Below the pieces are notes generated by a model. The model saw only the letters and a program-made list of their open reading frames with translations. It did no database searches and was not told where the DNA came from. Shown piece after piece: positions 20,948 through 28,507 of a stretch of 32,000 nt of DNA. The stretch is from Rhodobacter capsulatus SB 1003 (GTDB lineage: Bacteria > Pseudomonadota > Alphaproteobacteria > Rhodobacterales > Rhodobacteraceae). Location: contig NC_014034.1 in assembly GCF_000021865.1 (NCBI RefSeq), positions 3,150,001-3,182,000 on the forward strand, in the 5' to 3' direction. Positions within the stretch are counted from its first letter, which is position 1. The number at the start of each line of letters is the position of its first letter. Both the position numbers and the translations under genes were made by a program.

Positions 20948-22039
20948 ATGACAGACCCGATCCGCCCCCAGCCCGGCATCCTCGACATCGCCCTTTACGA
21001 GGGCGGCGCTTCGCATGTGGCCGGCATCAGCGATGCGATCAAGCTCAGCTCGAACGAGAACCCGCACGGGGCCTCGGACCGGGCCAAGGAGGCGTTCTCG
21101 CGCACGGTGCACAAGCTGCACCGCTACCCTTCCACCGACCATGCCGCGCTGCGTCAGGCGATTGGCGACGTGCACGGGCTTGACCCCGCGCGGATCATCT
21201 GCGGCGTCGGTTCGGATGAAATCATCCGCATGATCGTCAACGCCTATGCCGGGCCGAAGGACGAGGTGGTGCACAGCGAACACGGCTTCCTGATGTATCG
21301 CATCGCCGCGCTGGGCGCGGGGGCGACGCCGGTTTCGGTGCCCGAACGCGAACGCACGCTGGATGTTGACGCGATCCTGAAGGCCTGCGGGAAAAAGACG
21401 AAGCTCGTCTTCATCGCCAATCCGAACAACCCGACCGGCACGATGGTCGGGCTGGCAGAGCTGGAACGGCTGGCCATGGGCATTCCGAAACAGGCGATGC
21501 TGATCATCGACAGCGCCTATGCGGAATATGTCGAGGGCTATGACGGCGGCGCAGACCTGGCCTCGCGGCTGCCCAACGTGATGATGACGCGCACCTTTTC
21601 CAAGATCTACGGGCTGGGCGGGCTGCGCATCGGCTGGGGTTACGGGCCGAAAGACATCATCGACGTGCTCAACCGCATCCGCGATCCGTTCAACCTCTCG
21701 ACCTCGCAGCTGGAAACCGCCGAGGCCGCGGTGCGCGATCAGGATTGGGTGGTGCAATCGCGGTCGGAAAACGCCCGGCTGCGGCATTGGCTGTCGGAGG
21801 CCCTGGCCGAACGCGGCGTGCCCAATGACACCTCGATGGCGAATTTCGTGCTGGCGCGGTTCGGGTCCGAAGCCGAGGCCGAGGCCTGCGACGAATTCCT
21901 GAAAAAGGACGGGCTGATCGTGCGGCGCGTGGCCAGCTACGGGCTGCCGCATTGCCTGCGCATCACCGTGGGCGACGAACCCTCGTGCCGGCGCGTGGCG
22001 CATATGATCGGGCTGTTCAAGGCGGGCGCCTCGGCATGA
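20948..22039 (+). CDS. hisC: histidinol-phosphate aminotransferase
   Basis: 363 aa. LSSNENPHG is present, along with the PLP-lysine context [15 protein letters not shown]. Confidence 0.9.
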   Translation: MTDPIRPQPGILDIALYEGGASHVAGISDAIKLSSNENPHGASDRAKEAFSRTVHKLHRYPSTDHAALRQAIGDVHGLDPARIICGVGSDEIIRMIVNAYAGPKDEVVHSEHGFLMYRIAALGAGATPVSVPERERTLDVDAILKACGKKTKLVFIANPNNPTGTMVGLAELERLAMGIPKQAMLIIDSAYAEYVEGYDGGADLASRLPNVMMTRTFSKIYGLGGLRIGWGYGPKDIIDVLNRIRDPFNLSTSQLETAEAAVRDQDWVVQSRSENARLRHWLSEALAERGVPNDTSMANFVLARFGSEAEAEACDEFLKKDGLIVRRVASYGLPHCLRITVGDEPSCRRVAHMIGLFKAGASA

Positions 22040-22965
22040 CACACTACAAGCGCGTCGCCCTGATCGGGCTGGGGCTGATCGCCTCCTCGATGGCGCATGC
22101 GATGCGCGAAAAGGGTCTGGCGGGCGAGATCATCGGCCATGCGAAATCGCCCGAGACCCGGGCGACAGCGCTGGAAATCGGCCTTTGCGACCGGGTTTTC
22201 GACACCGCCGCCGAAGCGGTCGAAGGCGCCGATCTGGTGGTGCTTTGCGTGCCCGTGGGCGCGATGGCGGCGATTGCCGCGGAAATCGCGCCGCATCTGG
22301 CGCCCGGCGCGACCGTGACCGATGTCGGCTCGGTGAAACAGGCGGTGGTCGAAGCCGTGGCCCCGCACATGCCCGATCATGTGCAGTTCATCCCCGGCCA
22401 TCCCCTGGCCGGGACCGAACATTCCGGGCCGCGCTCGGGCTTTGCGACGCTTTTCGTCAACCGCTGGTGGCTGATCACGCCGCTCGCGGGCAACGACCCC
22501 GCGGCGGTGGCGCGGCTGAAGGGGTTCCTGACCGCGCTGGGCGCCAATGTCGACGAGATGGAGGTGGCCCGGCATGATCTGGTTCTGGCCGTCGTCTCGC
22601 ATACGCCGCACCTGATCGCCTATACGATGGTGGGCGTGGCCGATCACCTGCGCCGGGTGACGCAGGAAGAGGTGATCAAATATTCCGCCTCGGGCTTTCG
22701 CGATTTCACCCGCATCGCGGCCTCGGATCCGACGATGTGGCGCGACGTGTTCCTGACCAACAAGGAAGCGACGCTCGACATTCTGGGCCGCTTCACCGAG
22801 GAACTGTTCATGCTGCAACGCGCCATCCGCATGGGTGACGGGCAGATGCTGTTCGACTATTTCACCGAGACCCGCGCCATCCGCCGCGGCATCATCGAGG
22901 CCGGTCAGGACACCGCCGCCCCCGATTTCGGCCGCGTGCCGCCGCCGAAGGCGGAGACGCGCTGA
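22036..22965 (+). CDS. tyrC: prephenate/arogenate dehydrogenase (TyrA family)
   Basis: ATG 22036 overlaps the hisC stop (ATGA). A Rossmann motif ([16 protein letters not shown]) and [11 protein letters not shown] are present. The protein is 309 aa. Confidence 0.85.
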   Translation: MTHYKRVALIGLGLIASSMAHAMREKGLAGEIIGHAKSPETRATALEIGLCDRVFDTAAEAVEGADLVVLCVPVGAMAAIAAEIAPHLAPGATVTDVGSVKQAVVEAVAPHMPDHVQFIPGHPLAGTEHSGPRSGFATLFVNRWWLITPLAGNDPAAVARLKGFLTALGANVDEMEVARHDLVLAVVSHTPHLIAYTMVGVADHLRRVTQEEVIKYSASGFRDFTRIAASDPTMWRDVFLTNKEATLDILGRFTEELFMLQRAIRMGDGQMLFDYFTETRAIRRGIIEAGQDTAAPDFGRVPPPKAETR

Positions 22966-24153
22966 TGCGCCGCCCCCGGAGCCTTGCGCTGGCGCTGATC
23001 ACGGCGCTGGCGTGCGGTCCCGTTGCCGCCGACCCCCTGACAACCTCGCCGCTGCCCCGGCCCCGGCCCGCGGCGGCCGCGCCCGCGCAACCGCCCGCCG
23101 CCCCCAAGGCCACGCCGGGCGGGGTGGCGCTGCCCGCAAGCTCCGGGCAATCGCCGATCGAGAGGCCGCAGCCCGCCGGGACCGATCCTGCCGCCGATCC
23201 TGCCCTTTCGGGCCGTCACCCGCTGCCGCGCCCGGCCGCGATCCGCGCGACCGCCCCGGCCGAAAGCCTGCCGCCGCCCGCCGATCCGCGGCTGGCCGGG
23301 GCGCGGCCGAAACCCCGGCCCGCCGGGCTGGCGCCCCTGCCCCCCGCCGAGGCCGATCCCGTGCCGCAGGCCGATCCGCGGCTGGCGGGCCACCGCCCGA
23401 AACCGCGCCCCGAGACCCTCGCCGTCCGGCCCCCGCCGGAAGAGGCGCCCCCGGTCGCCTCGGCCGCGCCGGTCACGCCCGCCCCCGCCCCCACCACTCC
23501 CGCAGCCCGGAAGCCGCCGCCGGGCGGCGTGCTGTCGCGCCTTTTCGGCCGCCGCGCAAGCGCAAGCCCCCGCCCCGGAAGCGCCCGCGCCCGAAGCCCC
23601 TCCGGCCCGCAGGGCCGAGCCCGGCCTGCGCGGGTCGGTCTGCGGCGTGCCCGGCCTGATCGGGCAGGAGCTGCCGCCGATCGGCAATGGCGGGCGCGGC
23701 TCGGGCTGCGGCATCGCCGAACCGGTGCGGATCACCTCGGTTTCCGGCCTCAAGCTCTCGCAGCCGATGACGGTCGATTGCGCCACCGCCACCGCCTTCA
23801 AGCGCTGGGTCGATCGCGGCATCGTTCCGGCGGTGGGCGGCAAGGGCGGCGGCGTGGCGAAACTGGATGTCGGCCCCGGCTATGTCTGCCGTCCGCGCAA
23901 CAACCAGCGCGGCGCGAAACTGTCGGAACACGGCCGCGGCAAGGCGATCGACCTGATGGGGCTGGTGCTGCGCAACGGCCAGAGCCTGGATGTCGAGCGG
24001 GGCTGGAAAAGCCAGCCGCGGATCTTCCGGGCGATCCATGCCGCGGCCTGCGGCCCCTTTGGCACGGTGCTGGGGCCCAAGGCCGACCGCTACCATCAGG
24101 ACCACATCCATGTGGACACCCAGCGCTACCGCTCGGGCACCTACTGCCGCTGA
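22965..24153 (+). pseudogene. extensin-like / LAS-type metallopeptidase-domain protein whose N- and C-terminal parts lie in different reading frames
   Basis: In the frame of 22965 I see a signal peptide ([22 protein letters not shown]) and a Pro-rich region containing the repeat DPRLAG-RPKPRP. That region stays sensible up to ...GGVLSRLFG (~23550). In the +1 frame, sensible sequence begins at ~23560: AQAQAPAPEAPAPEAPPARRAEPGLRGSVCGVPGLIGQELPPI... This continues into the Extensin-like_C domain, which carries SEHGRGKAID (H-x6-D) and DHIHVD (HxH), and stops at 24151-24153. The track lists only the GTG 23647 remnant of that frame. Confidence 0.55.
23280..23411 (+). repeat. imperfect 90-nt-spaced direct repeat inside the Pro-rich region
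   Basis: GCCGATCCGCGGCTGGC occurs at 23280 and again at 23370. Each copy is followed by ..CCGAAACC.CG.CCC, encoding ADPRLAG(A/H)RPKPRP. Confidence 0.7.
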
Positions 24154-25133
24154 GGCAGCCGCGGCGCCGGACCCAGCGGGATCGCCGCAAGGCTCATCCG
24201 GCCGTTCGCAAAGGACAGCGGCAGAAGCACCGACCCGTCCGGGCTTTGCCGCGCCAGATACTCGCCCATCGCCGCCAGCATCGGCTTGCGCTCGGGCGGC
24301 ACCAGCCCCGCGGCAAGGCCCAGATCAAGCCAGACCGGAAAATCGGCAAGCGCAATCGTCAGCGTGCCCTCGGGCCAGCCATCGGGGGTGACGCTCAACC
24401 GCCCCGAAACGCCGATCCGGTGCCCGCCCCACAGCAGATCCGCCCGGCGCAGATCCAGCGCCGTCAGCGCCACGGGCCCGGCGGAGAGCAGCGCCGGCGG
24501 CTGCGCCAGCGCCACCCCGGCCTCCAGCGCGATCCGGTCGAGCCGGTCCGGCAAGGGCGTCGCCAGCCCGGCCTGACGGCTGAGCGCCCCCGCCAGACCG
24601 GGCGGCAGGGCCGGGGCGACGATCGCCCCCGTCAGCTGCAGGAGGCGCGGATCATCGGTCGGCCGCAGGGTCAGATCGACGCTTTCAGCCGCCAGCGAGG
24701 GCGCCTTGGCCGCCGCAAGCTGCAGCGCGGGGCTGTCCATCCGCAGCGTGATCCCGGCCAGCGGCAGATCCGCCCCCGGGGCCGCCGCAACCGTCAGCGC
24801 CGCCGCCGCGCCGGTCAGCGCAAAGGGCAGGCCCTGCAGCGTGACCCGCTGCGGCAGGGGCAGATCCAGCGTCCAGGCCAGCGGGTTCCAGACCGGCGCC
24901 GTCACCGTCGCCCGCTCCAGCGCCAGAACCGGCCTGCCCGCCTCGGCCAGCCAGGGCGCCTCGATCTGCACGCCGATCCGGGCCGGAAAACCCCGGGCGG
25001 AGACCTGCGCCGCCCCGGCGGTCTCGGACCCGGCCAGCGTCCTGCGCAGCCAGGCCGCCATCCCCTGCCCCGCGCCCCAATCGGCCGCGAGAACACACCC
25101 CGCCAGAACCACGCCCCAGACCCAGACCCGCAT
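24141..25133 (-). CDS. DUF2125-like membrane-anchored protein (330 aa)
   Basis: This is the C-terminal 330 codons of track ORF 24141-25787, starting at ATG 25133. An N-terminal anchor is present (MRVWVWGVVLAGCVLAA). Size, Ala/Leu/Pro-rich composition and position divergent from chaC resemble alphaproteobacterial DUF2125 proteins. This assignment is from memory. Confidence 0.5.
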   Translation of the reverse strand: MRVWVWGVVLAGCVLAADWGAGQGMAAWLRRTLAGSETAGAAQVSARGFPARIGVQIEAPWLAEAGRPVLALERATVTAPVWNPLAWTLDLPLPQRVTLQGLPFALTGAAAALTVAAAPGADLPLAGITLRMDSPALQLAAAKAPSLAAESVDLTLRPTDDPRLLQLTGAIVAPALPPGLAGALSRQAGLATPLPDRLDRIALEAGVALAQPPALLSAGPVALTALDLRRADLLWGGHRIGVSGRLSVTPDGWPEGTLTIALADFPVWLDLGLAAGLVPPERKPMLAAMGEYLARQSPDGSVLLPLSFANGRMSLAAIPLGPAPRLPQRQ

Positions 25134-25193
25134 CGCAGCCTCTTTCCAAATCCCGGCCTTCCTTTTATCCCCCGGGATCAGGGAGGGCCAGCC

Positions 25194-25727
25194 ATGCCCG
25201 AGGCGCTTTGGATTTTCGGCTACGGATCGCTGATCTGGGACCCCGGCTTCACCCCGGCCGAGGCCTGCCCGGCGCGGCTTGACGGCTGGCACCGCAGCTT
25301 TTGCATGCATTCGATCCATTTTCGCGGCACGCCCGCGGCGCCGGGTCTGGTGCTGGCGCTGGATGCCGCGCCCGGCGCCGCCTGCCGCGGCCTTGCGCTG
25401 CGCGCCCCCGCGGCCGAGGCCCCCCGCATCCTGGCCGAGATCCGCGCCCGCGAACTGGTCTCTGACGCCTATCTGGAACGCGCGCTGCCGGTGACGCTTT
25501 CGGACGGGCGGCAGGTCACCGCGATCACCTATGTGATCGACCGCGCCGGGCCGCAATATTGCGCGCTCGATTTCGAGACCCAGGCGCACACCATCGCCCG
25601 GGCCCATGGCGCCCGCGGTCCGAACCGGGATTACCTGTTCAACACCGCCGCGCATCTGGCCGATCTGGGCCTTGCCGATCCCGATCTCGAGGCGCTGGCC
25701 GCAAGGGTGCGTGAGCTTCTGGCTTGA
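25194..25727 (+). CDS. chaC: ChaC-family gamma-glutamylcyclotransferase
   Basis: ATG 25194 has GGGAGGG 7 nt upstream. MPEALWIFGYGSLIWDPGF carries the YGSL motif. GPNRDYLFNTAAHL is typical of ChaC. The protein is 177 aa and forms the tail of the chimeric 920-aa track ORF. Confidence 0.8.
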   Translation: MPEALWIFGYGSLIWDPGFTPAEACPARLDGWHRSFCMHSIHFRGTPAAPGLVLALDAAPGAACRGLALRAPAAEAPRILAEIRARELVSDAYLERALPVTLSDGRQVTAITYVIDRAGPQYCALDFETQAHTIARAHGARGPNRDYLFNTAAHLADLGLADPDLEALAARVRELLA

Positions 25728-25785
25728 GGCTTGGCAGGGGGGCGCGCGCGGCCTATCCTTCCCGCAACGAGTAGAGAGGCAGAGC

Positions 25786-26991
25786 ATGCGCGCACCGGTC
25801 CGGGTCCAACCCCCGCAGTTTTCGCAACCCGTCCGACAGATCGTCTCGATGCTGGCGGTGCTGGGGCTGGTGGCCGCGGGCGGGTTCTTTGCCTATGCCC
25901 GCATCTATCCGATCTTCCAGACCAATCCGCTGCTGAATGGCCTGATCGGCGGGGTCTTCGTGCTGGGCGTGCTGGGCTGTTTCTGGCAGGTGGTGCAGCT
26001 GGTGAAAGCGGTCAGCTGGATCGAGAGCTTCGCCGCCGACCGCCCCGGACGGCCGATGTATCGCCCGCCGCAGATGCTGGTGCCGCTGGCCGCCCTTCTG
26101 GGCCGCGGCGGGGCAAGCCGCACCATCGCGACGACCGCCGCCCGCTCGATCCTCGATTCGGTGGCGGCGCGGATCGACGAGGCCCGCGACATCACCCGCT
26201 ACCTGTCGAACCTTTTGATTTTCCTGGGTCTTCTGGGCACGTTCTACGGCCTTGCCACCACCGTCCCGGGCGTCGTCGACACGATCCGCGCGCTGGCCCC
26301 GCAACAGGGCGAGCCCGCCACCGCGGTCTTTGCCCGGCTGATGACCGGGCTTGAGGGCCAGCTCGGCGGCATGGGCACGGCCTTTTCCTCCTCGCTGCTC
26401 GGCCTTGCCGGATCGCTGGTCGTGGGCCTGCTCGAGCTTTTCGCCACGCATGGGCAGAACCGCTTTTACGGCGAGCTGGAGGACTGGATTTCCTCGATCA
26501 CGCGGCTGAGCTTCGCCTCGGCCGAGACCGAGGGCGCGGGCGAGGCCTCGGCGGTGGCGGGGGTGCTTGACCACATGGCCGAGCAGATGGACGCGCTGCA
26601 GACGCTTTTCATCCGCGCCGAACAGGCGCGCAGCCAGACCGAGACGCGGCTGGCGCAGCTGACGCAGGGCTTTGGCGATCTGGCGCAGAAACTGGGCGCC
26701 GAGATCGAGAGCCGCGCCGGGCAGGCCGAGGCTTTGGCGCGGATGGCCGAGGGGCAGGAGCGGCTGATCGCGGCGCTGGACCGGCTGGCCGACCAAGGCG
26801 CCGCCGACCGCGATGCGGCGATGGATGTGGATGCGGAAATGCGGATGCGGCTGCGCTCGATCGATCTGCAGATGTCGCGGATGCTGGAGGAAATGTCTGC
26901 CGGGCGGCAGGAAAGCATGGCCGATCTGCGCAATGATTTCGCGGCCCTGACGCGGGCGCTCATGGTCCGTGCCCGCGGCGGGGAGGGCTGA
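25786..26991 (+). CDS. MotA/TolQ/ExbB-family proton-channel protein with a ~180-aa C-terminal coiled-coil tail (401 aa)
   Basis: The start is ATG 25786, with GAGAGG upstream. Four hydrophobic helices are visible by eye. The last two carry the family signature FLGLLGTFYGL...GMGTAFSSSLLGLAGSLVVGLL. Residues ~221-401 are Ala/Glu/Arg/Gln/Leu-rich and heptad-like. Confidence 0.8.
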   Translation: MRAPVRVQPPQFSQPVRQIVSMLAVLGLVAAGGFFAYARIYPIFQTNPLLNGLIGGVFVLGVLGCFWQVVQLVKAVSWIESFAADRPGRPMYRPPQMLVPLAALLGRGGASRTIATTAARSILDSVAARIDEARDITRYLSNLLIFLGLLGTFYGLATTVPGVVDTIRALAPQQGEPATAVFARLMTGLEGQLGGMGTAFSSSLLGLAGSLVVGLLELFATHGQNRFYGELEDWISSITRLSFASAETEGAGEASAVAGVLDHMAEQMDALQTLFIRAEQARSQTETRLAQLTQGFGDLAQKLGAEIESRAGQAEALARMAEGQERLIAALDRLADQGAADRDAAMDVDAEMRMRLRSIDLQMSRMLEEMSAGRQESMADLRNDFAALTRALMVRARGGEG

Positions 26992-26992
26992 G

Positions 26993-28261
26993 ATGGCGCT
27001 CTCGGGCCACCGCGGGCAGCGCTTTGCCACCACGAATGTCTGGCCCGGCTTCGTCGATGCGATGGGCGCGCTGCTGATGGTGCTGATCTTCGTTTTGTCG
27101 ATCTTCATGATCGTGCAATCGATGCTGCGCGACACGATCACCACGAAGGATCATGAGCTGGACGCGCTCTCGGCGCAGGTCGCGGGGCTGGCGCAGGCGC
27201 TGTCGCTGGAACAGGCGCAGACCGAGGCGCTGACCGGACGGCTGGAGGCTGCGGGGGCGCGGATCACCGCCTTCGAGGCGCAGGTGGCGGGGCTTCTGGC
27301 CGAGAAGACGGCGCAGGCGGCGGTGATTGCGGACCTGCAGGGCGATCTGAAAACCTCGGATGCGGCCTTGGCCTCGGCGCGGTTGCAGCTTGATGCGGCG
27401 CGCAAAAAGGCCGAGGAGACGCTGACGCTTCTGGCCGCGGCCGAGGCGGCGCGAAAGGATCTGCAGGGCAGGCTGGAGGTGCAGCTGAGCGAGGCCGAAA
27501 AGCAGGCGGCGCTGAAGGCCGTGGCGGAAAAGACCCTGACCGAGACCCGGGCAGAAAGCGATCGCAAGGCGGAACAGGTGGCGCGGCTCAATCAGCAGGT
27601 GGCGGCTTTGCGCGGGCAGCTGGCGGATCTGCAAGCGGTTCTGGACGAGGCCAAGGCGAGGGATACGGAGGCCAAGGTGCAGGTCGAGGCGCTGGGAAGC
27701 CAGCTGAATTCGGCGCTGGCGCAGGTGGCGGCGGAACAGAAACGCCGCGCCGCGCTGGAGGAGGAGGCGCGCAGGAAGGCCGAGGCCGAGGCGAAGGATC
27801 TGGCGCGGTATCGGTCGGAATTCTTCGGCCGGATGTCGCAGTTGCTGGACGGGCGCGCGGGCGTGCGGGTGGTGGGCGACCGGTTCGTCTTCTCGTCCGA
27901 GGTGCTGTTTCAGCCCGGTTCGGCTGATCTGTCGCCCGAGGGACAGGCGCAGATTTCGCGCGTGGCCGAGACGTTCCGCGAATTGGCGGCCGAGATCCCG
28001 CCGGAAATCGACTGGCTGCTGGAGGTGGACGGTTTCACCGATGACACGCCGCTCTCGGGTCAGGGCGAATTCAAGGACAATTGGGAACTGTCGCAGGCCC
28101 GCGCGCTGTCGGTGGTGAAATATCTGATCGAGGCGCAGGGCTTTGCGCCGAAACGGCTGGCGGCGGCGGGCTTTGGCGAATTCCGCCCGGTGGCGGCGGG
28201 CAAAAGCCCCGAGGCCCGGGCGCAGAACCGCCGCATCGAGCTGAAGCTGACGGAACGGTAA
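26993..28261 (+). CDS. MotB/OmpA-family peptidoglycan-binding protein with a ~225-aa coiled-coil spacer (422 aa)
   Basis: ATG 26993 lies 1 nt after the upstream TGA, with a GGGGAGGG SD. A MotB/ExbD/TolR-like TM carries the conserved Asp (WPGFVDAMGALLMVLIF; GAT at 27056-27058). Residues ~50-275 are coiled-coil-like. The C-terminal OmpA-like domain reads FQPGSADL...NWELSQARALSVVKYL...NRRIELKL. Confidence 0.85.
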   Translation: MALSGHRGQRFATTNVWPGFVDAMGALLMVLIFVLSIFMIVQSMLRDTITTKDHELDALSAQVAGLAQALSLEQAQTEALTGRLEAAGARITAFEAQVAGLLAEKTAQAAVIADLQGDLKTSDAALASARLQLDAARKKAEETLTLLAAAEAARKDLQGRLEVQLSEAEKQAALKAVAEKTLTETRAESDRKAEQVARLNQQVAALRGQLADLQAVLDEAKARDTEAKVQVEALGSQLNSALAQVAAEQKRRAALEEEARRKAEAEAKDLARYRSEFFGRMSQLLDGRAGVRVVGDRFVFSSEVLFQPGSADLSPEGQAQISRVAETFRELAAEIPPEIDWLLEVDGFTDDTPLSGQGEFKDNWELSQARALSVVKYLIEAQGFAPKRLAAAGFGEFRPVAAGKSPEARAQNRRIELKLTER

Positions 28262-28466
28262 ACTCATCGCTCCTGCCGCGGCTTGCCATGACCGAGGCCA
28301 TCGCCGAGGTCACGCGCGGCATTGGCCCCATGCCAGCCGGGGGCCCAAAGGCCGCCGGCCAGCGCCCGCCCCGCCCATGGCGGGCGCTTCTCGCCCGCCG
28401 GGCCGGGCGTCGGCCTGTGTCGCGCTTGGGGAAACGGTCTTGCCACGGGCCTTGCACAGGCGGGCG

Positions 28467-28491
28467 GGAAACGCGGATCGCGTTTCCTTTT
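28467..28491 (+). terminator. canonical intrinsic terminator hairpin about 205 nt downstream of the motB-like stop
   Basis: GGAAACGCG-GAT-CGCGTTTCC forms a perfect 9-bp stem, followed by TTTT. Confidence 0.5.
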
Positions 28492-28507
28492 CGCCCGAAA
28501 CCGTCGC

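Noticed and set aside
22965-25727. 920-aa ORF suggesting a giant Pro/Arg-rich protein
   Set aside because: It is a chimera. It comprises a real N-terminal extensin-like segment (to ~23550), then ~1.6 kb of junk frame antisense to the DUF2125-like gene, then the real chaC from ATG 25194. Similar chimeras are 14244-16028 (methyltransferase plus antisense of gloB) and 14334-15833 (antisense of methyltransferase plus gloB).
25786-28261. Calling the MotA/MotB-like pair a Zorya (ZorAB) anti-phage system
   Set aside because: No ZorC/ZorD/ZorE-like genes (large helicase, nuclease or HNH proteins) are adjacent. The A-subunit tail (~180 aa) is much shorter than I recall for ZorA. The flanks look like core genes. 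I keep only the architectural analogy.
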